Part shown: piece by piece, positions 51,674-63,954 of the stretch | How the letters are laid out: each line of letters opens with the position of its first letter | Position numbering within the stretch: position 1 is the stretch's first letter | The notes under the pieces: model-generated | Told to the model about the DNA's origin: nothing | Database searches by the model: none | The model's input: only the letters and a program-made list of their open reading frames with translations | NCBI RefSeq assembly: GCF_035594765.1 | Contig: NC_085845.1 | Location: 173,492,897 to 173,556,896 of the forward strand | DNA from: Anolis carolinensis | Lineage: Eukaryota | Length of the DNA: 64,000 nucleotides | Direction: 5' to 3' | Program-made: the position numbers and the translations under genes

Positions 51674-53300
51674 GTGGAAGGTGGGGCGCTCGGGACCACC
51701 CACCCTCCTCCCAACAAAGGGGTGGCATGGACCTTGGAGCCCCCTTCTCTAGATCTCCCCTTAAATAACATTACAGTAGTAAGTCAATACATGAGCCTGG
51801 CTGCCTAAGGAGAAGAAGGAGTTGGGGAGGAAAGGGGACACCAAATAGCACCCCAATAAAAAAGTCATAGAAAATGGGGCTCCGGCTTTGTAATAATATT
51901 TATAATATCCAACGAAGGGGGGACTTGGACCTTGGACCCCCCCTTCCCTAGATCTCCCCTTAAGTAACATTACAGTAGTAAGTCAATACATGAGCCTGGC
52001 TGCATTAGGAGAAGGAGGAGTTGGGGAGGAAAGGGGCACCAAATAGCACCCCAATAAAAAAGTCATAGGAAATGGGGCTCCGGCTTTGTAATAATATTTA
52101 TAATACCCAACGAAGGGGGGATATGGACTTTGGACCACCCCTCCCTTTTCTTGATCTCTCCTTAAATAATATTAGTAGTAAACAAATACATGAGCCTGTA
52201 TTTGGAGGAGTTGGGGAGCGGGAAGGGAAGGGGGCACCAAACGGCGCCCCAATTAAAAAAAAGTCATTGGAAATGGGGTCTCTGCTTTGTAATAATAATT
52301 ACATATAAACCCCTATCTCCCCTTAAATAACTTTACAGTAGTAAATACATAAGCCTGGCTGCATAAGGAGAAGGAGGAGTTGGGGAGGGGAGGAAGGGGA
52401 AAACACCAAACAGCACCCCAATAAAAAGTCATAGGAAATTGAGGCTCGGCTTTGAAATATTTATATTATATGTGGAAGGTGGGGCGCTCGGGACCACCCT
52501 CCTCCAACAAAGGGGTGACATGGACCCTGGACCCCCATTTCCTTGATCTCCCTTTAAATAACATTATAGGAGCAGATAAACACATGAGCCTGGCTGCATA
52601 AGGAGAAGGAGGGGTTGGAGAAGGAGGGGGGCACCGAACAGCACCCCAATAAAATGTCATAGGAAATGGGGCCCCAGATTTGTAATAATATTGATATTAT
52701 TATTACACATAAACACCCCAATAAATGGCCCTAGGAAATGGGGCACCGGCTTTGTACTAATATTGACATTATATATACAAAAACCCCTCTGGACATGATC
52801 CTTGGGGTTCCCCGAATTTTCGGTCACTTCTCTCGTATTTAATATGGAGCTTCTGTATCAGGAGACGGAGTTGGGGTGCGGGTGGGGGGGCAAACAGCCC
52901 CCCAATAAATCGTCCTAGGAAGGAAATGAAGTCTCGGGTGTTTAGTTTTGAAAAATGATCCCCTTGGATTCCACTTTAATTTCGCCCCTTCCCCTCGTGT
53001 TTGTGGAGCTTCCATACTTGGGAAGAAGGAGGCGAAGTTGGGATGGGGGTGGGCACCCCAATAAATGATCCTAGGCAATAGGGTCACGGCTTTTGTATAC
53101 GACCCCCCTGGACATGATCCCCATCCGATTCCAGTTTGTTTATGTTCCTATTCCCGTGTTTATGGAGCTTCTAACTAAAAGAGACGGGGTTGGGGAGGGG
53201 GGCACCCAACAGCCCCCCAATAAAAGGATCTTATGCAATGGGGTCCCGGCTTTCTTGGTTCTTATTAACCCCCCGTGGACCCCACTTATTCTCCCCCCCC
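51674..53300. repeat. Degenerating ~198-bp tandem array upstream of H1.0
   Basis: Unit ...gatctcccct taaataacattacagtagtaagtcaatacatgagcctggctgc...ggagttgggg...caccccaataaa...gtcatag.aaatggggctccggctttgtaataata; period 198 for the first units; about 9 units. Confidence 0.85.
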
Positions 53301-53943
53301 CCCCCCTCATGCTATGGAGCTGCTCCAGCCTATCTATGGGTTGTTTTTGTTCCTTCTGTCTTTTTCAAGGTGGAGTCGTTCCAGGGAAAAAGTCCTTCCT
53401 CAGCAGGACTTGCCCCTTCAGGAAGGGAAAAGGGGTTCGGGGCAGGAATGGGGGGCTGAAAACCGACCCCACTCCCTGCCTCGGACCCTTAATCCCCCCC
53501 TCCCCCCACCCCACACAATCCTGGAGAAGCGTTGGAGTGTTGTTAGGAGATTAAATATACGTGCCATCGCCATCTTTGCTGGGAGAAGCCAGCTTGTTTT
53601 TCTTTCCCCCTCATCTCTTTTTTTGCCACTTATAGGAATTGGAAAAGGGGGGGATCTTAACAGTGCCAGACCTCAATGAAGAAGGGGGTTCAAAACACCC
53701 ACTTTTCCCCCCAAAAGCAGGATTGAGACCCTAGAGATGAGATCCTAGCAACACGGAGGACACAAAAACATCCCTTCGGGGACTTTGCAACCTCTCTCTT
53801 CGCACCCCATTTCCCACCCAGACCCGCATGACACCCCTCGCAGTTTCCCCCGCCTTTCCATTCCCCCCTCTCCAAAACAACAGGTGTTTGTGGGATTGGA
53901 ATAATATATTTCAGTATAAAGTAAGTGTGTGTGTTTACTATTT

Positions 53944-54145
53944 CAGGCATGGGCAAAGTTGGGGTCTTTCTCCAGGTGTTTTGGACTGCAACTCCCACCA
54001 TTCCTAACAGCCTCAGGCCCCTTCCTTTTCCCCCTCGGCCGCTTAAGCGGCCGAGGGGGAAAAGGAAAGGGCCTGAGGCTGTTAGGAATGGTGGGAGTTG
54101 CAGTCCAAAACACTTGGAGAAAGACCCCAACTTTGCCCATGCCTG
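53944..54145. mobile_element. 202-bp near-perfect palindrome (hAT-MITE family)
   Basis: Centre GCTTAAGC with no spacer; only about 2 mismatches between the 101-bp arms. Confidence 0.9.
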
Positions 54146-54499
54146 TATAAACCGATTCCACTTCGTGAACTTGGTGGGAACCCCATAATCTGAACATCAA
54201 AAGTGTGCTTACAAAGTTGCAAGTGGGGTGTTTGGGGCATAAGACCTGAAAGTCCAAAGTGGGGGTTTGCAGAGGGAAAAGGACCGCCGGCAAGTGCTTC
54301 CCACAAAGCAAGCTGCCAGGGAACTGCTGACAGTTGTCATAATTGTTTTTGGAGAGCCTCTCTCTGGTCCGTCAGCTGTTTGGTTCTGGAAAAAAAAAAA
54401 GCAGGGACCTTGGGAAGGAATGGGCGCTCCTCCCTCGCCGCCACCGTCGCAGTGTCTTGTGGGAAATGTAGTCCGGGAATGGATGCTTGTGTGTCCTTC

Positions 54500-55110
54500 A
54501 AAGCAACCCCCCCCCCCCTCCCCAAATGAGGAGCCACTGCCAGGCGCAACACATGCAACGATCTGCAGAAATGTGTATCAAGCGCTCGTTGCTTTGTCTT
54601 GGAAAAGCATTATGCACATCATCACGATAGTATTTTTTTTTGGGGGGGGGGGGGGGTCACTACGCAGCCATGGCGTCACACATGTTGGGGAGGGGGGGAA
54701 GGTTGATGCCTGCCTCCCCCCAAAAAGCATCCGCCAAGTATTGTATTGGCTGAGCCCACTACCAGGGTCAACCAATAGAAGAAACTGGGTTCCCAAATGC
54801 AGGATGTTTATCAAGCGCGCACTACTTTGTCTTGGATAAGCAAACACCCAGATAGTATTTGCGGGGTGTGTGGATGTCATAAGGTAACACGTTTAGGGGA
54901 ACAGAAGCCTGCCCCTCTCAAAAGCAACCCCGCCACTAACAAACTTCATGAAAATGGAGAATGTTTATCAAGCGCGCAGGGCTTTGTCTTGGAAAGGCAT
55001 TACGCACAGCATGATGGTATTTTGGGGGAGTGGGGGTGTCTTCACGCTGGCATGGCGTCTCACTTTTAGGGGAATCGATGCCTGCCCTCCACCAAAAGCA
55101 CCCCCTCCCA
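54500..55110. repeat. Degenerate tandem repeat (about 160-230 bp units, 3 copies, 4th at about 57000-57130)
   Basis: tatcaagcgc....ctttgtcttgga.a.gca at 54576, 54809, 54966 and a diverged copy at about 57082. Confidence 0.65.
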
Positions 55111-55462
55111 TACGGTGAGCCTTGCGAGGGGAGATTTTAGGGGTTCACCCCCCCCCCGAAATTTTTCAGGTTATAAAAAAAACCTGGTTTACTCATGAAT
55201 TTTAACTGGTTAGCCAAATCCCCATGCTAAGTCTATGAGACGCAAAACATTAAGAGTCCCTCCAGGCACTATCTCAAGCAGATATTGACAGGTTTGTAAG
55301 GGGGGGGGGGGTGCGCTAGGGGTTCAATCCCCCCCGAAATTTTCAAAACCTCTCCCGAAATTTTTTTCTGGCTACGGCCCTGCCTTTACTAACTCAACCA
55401 ATACAGCAATACAACCCCGAGCCATTACTAGTTCAACCAATCGGCCATAAGTCATCTCAATG

Positions 55463-56057
55463 GGGGTTGCTGTGAGTTTTCCAGGCTGTATGGCTATGTT
55501 CCAGAAGCATTCTCTCTTGAGGCTTCATCCACATTTATATGGTATGAGGTCTGTCGGAAACTAGGCAAGTGGGGTTTATATATCTGTGGAAAGTCCAGGG
55601 TGGGAGAAAAGAACTCTTGTCTGTTGGAGGCAGGGGTGAATGTTGCAATTGGTCACCTTGATTAGCATTTAATGGCCTTGCAAATTCAAAACCTGGCTGC
55701 TTCCTGCCTGGGTGAATCCTTTGTTGGGAGGTGTTAGCTGGTCCTGATTGATTCATGTCTGAAATCCCAGTTTTCTGAATGTTTTTGACTGGGAGGTGTT
55801 AGCTGGCCCTGATTGATTCATGTCTGGAATCCCAGTTTTATGAGTGTTCTTTATTTACTGTCCTGATTTTAGAGTGTTTAAATACAGTACTTGTAGACAG
55901 TTTTGTTCATTTTCAAGGTTCCCTCCTTTCTGTTGAAATTGTCCACATGCTTGTGGATTTCAGTGGCTTCTCTGTGTAGTCTGACTTGGTGGTTGTTAGA
56001 GTAGTTCAGCATTTCTGTGTTTTCAAGTAATATGTTGTGTCCAGGTTGTTTCATCAA
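55463..56057 (-). mobile_element. Penelope-like element 3' part (GIY-YIG end and terminal repeat)
   Basis: Reverse of the 34450-34850 sequence; continues at 56838-56990 (VFLPYMKGTTGRIGKLMKKHNLQTIYR). Confidence 0.85.
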
Positions 56058-56836
56058 GTGTGGGGCTTGACAAATCCAAGGCTGGAGTTGAAATTCCTAG
56101 AAGAAACATTAACAACCTTAGATACGCAGATTATACCACTTTGATGGCTGAAAGCAAGGTGAAAGAAGAAAGCGCAAAAGCTGGTTTGCAGTTAAACACC
56201 AAGAAAACTAAGATTATGGCAACCAGACCAATTGATAACTGGCAAATAGAGGGAGAAAACGTGGAGGCAGTGACAGACTTTATAGTTCTAGGTGCGAAGA
56301 TTATTGCAGACGCAGACTGCAGCCAGGAAATCTGAAGATATTTACTTCTTGGGAGGAGAGCAATGACCAACCTTGATAAAATAGTGAAGAGTAGAGACGT
56401 CACACTGGCAACGAAAGTCCACATAGTTAAAGCAATGGTATTCCCCGTAGTAACCTATGGATGCGAGAGCTGGACCATAAGGAAGGCTGAGGAAAGGAAG
56501 ATAGATGCTCTTGAGCTGTGGTGTTGGAGGAAAATCCTGAGAGTGCCTTGGACCGCAAGAAGATCCAACCAGTCCATACTTCAGGAAATAATGCCCAACT
56601 GCTTGCTGGAGAGAAGGATATTAGAGGCAAAGATGAAATACTTTGGGCACATGATGAGAATCAGGAAAGCTTGGAGATGATAATGATGCTGGCGGAAAAG
56701 GAAGAAGGACCGACCAAGGACAAGATGGATGGATGGTATTGACCTTGAAGGAGCTTGCGGGTGGCGACAGGCCGACAGGGAGCTCTGGCATGGGCTGGTC
56801 CATAAGGTCACAAAGCGACTGAATGAATAAACAACA
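56058..56836 (+). mobile_element. BovB/RTE LINE 3' fragment inserted into Penelope
   Basis: RNINNLRYADYTTLMAES; IVKAMVFPVVTYGCESWTIRKAEERKIDALELWCWR; tail cgactgaatgaataaacaaca. Confidence 0.9.
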
Positions 56837-57732
56837 AAGCATTTGTTGGATTTTCTTAGTGGCTCTGTAGATAGTTTGTAGGTTGTGTTTCTTCATCAGC
56901 TTCCCTATGCGGCCAGTAGTTCCCTTCATGTATGGTAAGAACACTTTTCCTCTGGATGTATCTTTGTCTTTATTCTCGCAGCTTGTTCTTGGCCTTGCAC
57001 CTCTTCAAAACACCCCCTACTCCCCAAAAGTGAACCACTTCTGAACTCAACTGATAAACTGTATTCAAATGTAGAATATCTATCTAGCACGCCGCGCGTT
57101 TCTTTGTCTTGAAGAAGCATGCATAGAATATGTAATTGGACTAGCAACATTTAATTCCTTTGTTTTAGGGATTGAAAACTCTTTCTCAAGCAGCTCCCTT
57201 TGAAGGAAGGATCCTGGCAGGTGGCATTGTGTTTGTTTCCTGTCTGTGGCTTTTGCCAGCCTTTGCCCTTTTCACCTCAGTTTCACCACTGTCTGATTAA
57301 AACACAGAGTGCCCCGTGCGGATAGGAAGAATGCATTTTTAAAGACCAGTTTAAGCCATTTGGCAGGGCAGGCCTACCTTACCTACATCAAGGGAATTCC
57401 ATTTTTAAAAAAATAAGGAATTGAAAATGGAGGCATAGTAAGGCAAGCATGGCATCTTGATGTCAAATCACGGCCCCATCTCTATGGAAAATTATGAAAT
57501 GGATAAATCACCAGTGCAAGCCTCGGAGAGGACTTGCAGCAGAACCAGCTCCAGGAGATACATTGTTTCAACCCCATTTCTCCTTCAAATTGTAAAACTA
57601 TTCTCCAATAAAAAGTATCCTTTTATTCTATGCTTGCCTCCCCATATCCTCCTTGGCTCTCTTTTTCCTTTCTCTTTGCTGCTGGCCAGCTTCTACCTTT
57701 ACATACTCCATCGTTCCCGAACTAGGGCTTCC

Positions 57733-58800
57733 TGACCCCATCACCCCTGGCTGAGATTCCCTGCCTTCACATTCCTGAACAAGCTCCTTTCCCTTTCCAT
57801 ATGAAACCACTTGCATGCGTCCTCAACCCCCTGGATCAACCCCAAACCCTAAACCCTCGGGCAATTGCTGCCCCTGGGATTCACGGGTCAAATGGTACTG
57901 GGACCCTTGTGTGTTTTAATGTTTTGTGTTCCTTTTGTGTAATTAAAATACTTTTGGAGCCATGGAGTTGCTGGGAAGACCCTGGTGACCTTTCACCAGC
58001 AATACATGACCTGGATTCTTCTTGCGTCTTCCTGGTTTTCACTTGAACAAAGGACTCAAGGACCCATCATCTTCAGCCAGCATGAACTAGCTGCACAAAG
58101 GGATAACTGGACATGAATTGGGCCAACCTTATTTTGTGTGGCTACCTGGACAAAAAGAACTCATCATATGGCACCCATCCTGGAGTTGGGAGGTTCTGCC
58201 ATTTTTCTCCCTCAATGCCATTTCCCATTTTCCAGGGATGGATCACCTATCCCATCGTTCTGAACAATACACTGACTTGGTCAGCAATGGAAACAGGCGC
58301 CATGGGGGCCAGACACACTTAACACTTTGAAAGACAGTAACTTCCAGGGACCTGATAGCCCCGCTTTGTTAGTCTCAAGATTAAGACACTATTGTCCACT
58401 CACAAGTTCATGTTTTCCTTTGTTCCCCATAATAATTCGATCCCGGCAGGCCATTGGAGGGCCACAAATTTGCATTGGAAACAGGGAAAGCCTTCTAATT
58501 GGCTGCCGGATGCTGCAGTCCCGCCCCACAGGGGAATCCTCCCAGCAGGACATGACATCAGCACTGGCTCCACCAATCAGTACAAAGCCAGGCAGGTGCG
58601 GGAAAAACAAAGGATTTTACTGTATTAAAGTGTATGTTTCATTCTTGCAAAACACATCCGCTTCTTTGAGCAACTTACCGCTGCCTGTCATTCTTTCTGA
58701 CCAGATCGAATAAAGTACCTCAGCGGTTTCTGAATCAACTGAGACTTCCTTGATTGGGAACGTTGGTTTTCAGCTTTAAGCCTCACCAGGCATGGATTCA
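57733..58800 (+). mobile_element. Solo LTR (1068 bp) with 6-bp TSD
   Basis: GCTTCC at 57727-57732 and 58801-58806; termini TGACCCCAT...ATGGATTCA; CCAAT at 58573, TATTAAA at 58623, AATAAA at 58709. Confidence 0.8.
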
Positions 58801-59057
58801 GCTTCCGCATGCCGGACCTCACTATCCACAAACTGCCCTAAATTGCTTGATAACAACCTGTTTTTTAGGAAAGGGAGAACAAGCCTTCATTGAAGGGATG
58901 CCAGAAGATAAACTTCGTTTCCAAGGCGTCTTCAGTTCGAAGGACCGTCTGATCCATGCCTATTCATATTGAGACAGATATTCGGGGTCACATGGTCACA
59001 ATCATGCCCATTTCAGGGCGATACATTACAATTCTGTTTAAATTATATGCACATACT

Positions 59058-59482
59058 TACAGGCAGTCTCTGAGTTACAAACATATGATTTACAAATGAC
59101 TCATAGTTAAGGATGGAGTTGGGACAACAGAAATTGAGAGAAATCTACAGTACCTCTAGGAAGGGAAATCCAGTCCTGAAAAAGCTATCATGGGGAAAAG
59201 ATGTCTCCACTGAAACTTTATCCCCAATCTTTGTTTCCACAACAAACAATTTTTTCCGAATTCCAAATATCACAGGGACAGAAAGTGAGGTGAAATCCTC
59301 TGAACAGGGGCACAGACAGCAAAACAAGTATCGTAGGGGTCCTTATGCTAGCCAAAGTCGAAAAATATACGTATTTGGTTGGAGTTACATTTAAAAATGC
59401 CCTTGGCTCTCACTTACAAACAAATTCAACTTAAGGACAACCTGCAGAACCTATCTTGTTTGTAACTTGGAGACTGACTGTA
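59058..59482. mobile_element. Tigger-like Tc1/mariner non-autonomous element
   Basis: ta|caggcagtctctgagttacaaaca ... tgtttgtaacttggagactgactg|ta. Confidence 0.7.
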
Positions 59483-62400
59483 TATATTTCTAATTTTGTG
59501 CCCAAGTGTATCACCTGTACATACTCCTCTGTGTTTGGTACATATAAATATTAAGACATTTCACATAACCACTGAAGTACTGACCACAAGATTTTAACCA
59601 TAAAAGGAGACACACCACCGAACCAGTATGGTAGTGCTTTGAGTATTGGGCAGTGACTAGAGACCAGGATTTGAATGCCAACTTAGTCATAGAAGCCCAC
59701 AGGGTGACCTTGGCCAAATAATACTCTCAGTCTCAGAAGGAAAATATAACCTCTCCACTGAACATGTCTTGCCAAAAATAATTGGTTTCTTAGGGTCCTT
59801 CCATGCAGCCATATAACCCAGAATATCAAGGTAGAAAATCCCACAATATCTGCTCTGAACTGGGTTATCTGAGTCACACTACCATATATTCTAGTTCAAA
59901 GCAGATGTGGGATTTCATTCAGCTGTGTGGAAGGGACCCTAGACTCACCATAACTCAGAAGCTTAACCATGTTTGGTTTGTCTCTCACCATAACTCAGAA
60001 ATGAAAAGAACACACATAGCAACAAACAAAAACAACATGAAGAAGTCAAGGATGGATTTTCCTTAATGAATCTGGTAAGGTACTGGAGCACTTTATGCCA
60101 AGATTAATATCTGGGAGGAGAATGTTCCACAGTGAAACTACTGCTACACAAATCGGCCCACTTGCACTCTGGCATAAGAAGCATGAGTATGATTCAAAAC
60201 AAAGGTGATATTTGAGCACAAAGTGCGCATTCAATGGCAATACATTGGAATCTTGGGAGTCAGGGGATCCACTTATTCTAAGACTGCCTAGATTTAAAAC
60301 ACACAAAATTAAATATTGACCCACCAAGAGTTTCAAACTCAGAGGATCTTGGCATCCTTTTAAAAAGAATATATTTCAAGAGGCAGTTTTCTAGTCATGC
60401 TAGTGAACTTTGTGAGATTTTTCAGTTCCAGGCATACATTTGACATCTTTGAGAGAAAATGAACAAATATAAAAGCACAAACGAAGACACTGAATGTACT
60501 AATACAATTTGAAAATTGACATTTATGTCTTGCTCTTTTGTGTGTGTGTGTGTGTGTGGTGTGGGGGTTGCCAATGTGAGCCCACCTACTGAAAACCATC
60601 CTGCAATCTTCAAATAGCTTCTGGCCACTCCAACCTTGCAACCATTTCAAAAACGAAGTGTTTGAAGCATAACTGTTATCTCCCTATTTTTTCTGTGTAA
60701 GGTAAAAAAAATCAAGATGAGAGTATGAGAGATGACTGGGCTGATTAACTAAAGTCACTTCAACTTTTGTACTTCCACAGCATTTGCAGCTTGAAGCGAT
60801 TGCCTCTTCTTTCACATATGAGGATGGTGTTGATGAGGACTAAGTGTCAGTTATGTAAGAACAACATCTTCTGTTAAGGCAGAATGAAATTTTTGCCGCA
60901 AAGAAAGCAATCATAAACACGGGGAACCTAAGTTCTCCTGCCAGCTGAGATCAGAAGCATTGCTCACCTTCCCACTTCAGGTAGCATACTGCTCCAAATG
61001 CTATGGATGTGCCAGAAGGAAAGACAGACAGGTGGAAGTGGCATCTCTGTACCCTCCCTGCCATAGAAGAGGTAGAGGAGATGAACAATGAAGATCATGT
61101 ACCAGCTCCAGTAGCTTTCCCATGACACCATATTTAAACTTTTATTTATAAAGTAGATACACCTCCTTGGCTGAGTAAAATGGGGAGGTGAACTCATAAG
61201 TACTAAGTGACGAAGCACAGCAAGCAGCAAGAAGGGAGTGAAATGCTTCACTAGGTAGTGACCCAATAGGCATCTGTGGCTCGGTATTGAAAAAGGGTTT
61301 GTATTGTACACTTAGAAAATTTGCAGCAAGGCAAATGGAGTGGCAAAATTGCAACGGAGGAGTGGGAGGCAGAACATCAGAAACAGAGGCTGCACAGGCC
61401 AAGAACTTTGCTACTACAGCAGCAAAACAACAAAGCAGTGTGACAGCTGATCAGACACAGCACAAAACAATGAAATGTCTGTTGTCAAAGAAAGCTGACA
61501 AGGTGAGAAATGATCAGGTTAAGTCTGCAAAACCCACAAACAAAATTGAGGGAAAAGATGTGTTCCTGTGTTGCTCCCAAAACCCCACAAACCACGCCTT
61601 CCTTTCTCCATAGTGCCTTAGGCCCCAAGGATCTCAGGTGCAGGCGCTGAAAATAGTAACAGGCTCTTCCTTGTTCACTGTGATGCCAGAGCTGCTGCAA
61701 GTGTTTTTATCATCCTCTCCCACAATAGGGAAGGTGTAGGTATGTCACTGCCCGCCTTTTCAAGAAAATGGGTTCTCCAGGGTTCTGCTCCTTGAGGTTG
61801 CTACTTCACCAGCCTTAGTCATAGTGCTGCCCCAGGGACAATGACTGCACAAATCAAGAAGCACCACCGCCCTTTTGGTATCTTGAGGATTTTTATTATG
61901 TTAGTTTATAACTGTGCAGAAAGAAAGAAAAACCCGCCGCCGTCATTGTTTGGCTCTGGCGACGTCAGCAGTGAAGTCTTTCCTCACCCCAGGAACGCAG
62001 AGGTGGAAGATGAGCTTCTGGAATGCACTGGACGCTGACCTTGTAGTAGGATGTGCAGAGGTTTTCATCAACACAGGAAAGTTTGCCTTTGTTTCAAGTA
62101 TATGGAAACAAATGGCTAGTCCCAGATCCTTAGTTAAACAAACAAACAACAAACAAACAAACCAGAAATCCTACAGTCTCTGGACAAAACTGGTCCCTCC
62201 AGCAAAATAGTCACAACACAAAGCAGCCACAATACATTCTTCCAGCACACAGTGCATCTCAAAACATGAATCATCATGAAGCAACATCTTTCTTCCAAGA
62301 AGATGCACTGTGAAGTTGGATGTGTGCAACTTTGCTTCTTTGTTTAAACAGGTAGCTTTGCCTACCATTTCCACTTTATAGATATACTCAAGGTTTTGGA

Positions 62401-63114
62401 AAATGAATTTATTCTGACTAAAGGGGAGGCTGGGACAAGGTATCTGATTCACTGCTCTGGTCACCTGCTGGTTAAAAACATAGTATACTATTTCTTAACA
62501 TAACCCACCCCACCATATAAAATATATTTTCATGTATAAAATTCCAAAGAAGGTGCAAATAGTAGGATCCAGCCCCAATATGCTGAGTTATGGAGGTGCA
62601 CGCAATGGATGGTCTGGTGGAGTCTTGGTCTTGTTTCCTTTAGGGGGAACGTTGGTCACTAGGATACAGCTTTACCATCCAAAGCCAGAGACAAAAAGCA
62701 AGCTAACCTAAGGAATAAGCAGATAACAAGGGTTAAGAAAATGTACTTACATTTGAAACATATTAAGAAATGAGTGTCTTTGAAGAAATTACTGAAAACA
62801 CTAGTTTTCACAATTCTTGCTTATAATTTGATTTTAGTCTGAAATGATTCTTTATGTCTCCATTTAAGGTCTAAAATATATTTCAGTAGACCCATTAAAA
62901 GCAGGGATGGGTAACCTATAGCTTTAGTTTATTTTCATGGGGTCTTATGAGAGTTTAGGCCAGGAATGGGTAAAGCATAGGCCCAATGTTGCTTTTGCTG
63001 ACTGTAGGCAGAAGATTTTTGCCTAATGATAGGGATGCCTCTGTTAATGAAAAAAACCTTCATTTAATAATAATAATAATAATTTTTATCATCATCATCA
63101 TCACCATCACCATC

Positions 63115-63243
63115 ATCATCATCTGCGCGCATCATCCGAAAATACATCACACAGTCCTAGACACTTGGGAAGTGTTTGACTTGTGATTTTTTGATACGAA
63201 ATCTAGTATATCTATCTTGTTTGCTGTGTCATAATAAAATAAT
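63115..63243 (+). mobile_element. R4/Dong-like LINE 3' end next to (TAA)n/(CAT)n microsatellites
   Basis: catccgaaaatacatcacacagtcctagacacttgggaagtg...gctgtgtcataataaaataa; family assignment from recall. Confidence 0.5.
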
Positions 63244-63459
63244 TTTATTATCTGCTCTTCCTTGAGGCTCGAAAGACATGTAATAAATCTGCATGTTCTT
63301 GAAGCCTTCAGTATGAAGCTCCTTGCTTTTTTGCCAAGGCTGGTTTTGATCACATACAAGGAGCAAACTGAGATGCCTATTCCAACACAGATGGGGAAGG
63401 TAGCATTCCAGATCCTCTCCTTCAACTGAACCGTCATTGTGTCTGGCAGTCCCATGAGT

Positions 63460-63621
63460 CTACTGACCGATACTGTTGTGCATCATCTCTTTCTCCTGGA
63501 GGGCTGCCATGGCCAGGCGCAGGTGCTCCTTCAGCTGCTCAATTTCTCGCTCTGACCGCCGCTTGATGTGGTTCAACTCTGCGTAGACATCTTGGTATTT
63601 TCCTGATGCAAACCTCTTATC
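63460..63621 (-). CDS. TRIOBP: TRIOBP last coding exon (gene continues beyond the window)
   Basis: ttttcag| [53 protein letters not shown]; matches the TRIOBP coiled-coil C-terminus; synteny with H1-0 and GCAT. Confidence 0.92.
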   Translation of the reverse strand, partial: DKRFASGKYQDVYAELNHIKRRSEREIEQLKEHLRLAMAALQEKEMMHNSIGQ

Positions 63622-63682
63622 CTGAAAACAGTAAGGACAGATTCAGCACTCTGGTGCTGCTTTTTATTTTTGGTCAAGAGGT

Positions 63683-63954
63683 TTTTTTTTGGGTTTTTTT
63701 CATGTCAGGAGCAACCGAAGTTGCTTCTGGAGTGAGAGAATTGGCCATCTGCAAGGACGTTGCCCAGGGGACGCCCGGATGTTTTTGATGTTTTACCATC
63801 CTTGTGGGAGGCTTCTCTCATGTCCCCGCATGGAGCTGGAGCTGATAGAGGGAGCTCATCCGCACTCTCCCCAGGTGGGATTCGAACCTGGCAACTTTCA
63901 GGTCAGCAACCCAACCTTCCAGTCACTTACTCCACTACGCCATCTGGGGGCTCC
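63683..63954 (-). mobile_element. tRNA-derived SINE with poly(A) tail in a TRIOBP intron
   Basis: B-box ggttcgaatccc on -; TSD TGGTCAAGAGGT on both sides. Confidence 0.8.

Noticed and set aside
50774-51808. Several 200-260 aa overlapping ORFs on both strands
   Set aside because: Low-complexity Gly/Pro/Arg/Ala translations expected from the stop-poor H1.0 CpG island
51674-53300. CRISPR-like reading of the tandem array
   Set aside because: Vertebrate DNA, long degenerate units without unique spacers, no cas genes
53690-54311. Mirror-image ORFs on both strands
   Set aside because: Artefact of the palindromic MITE
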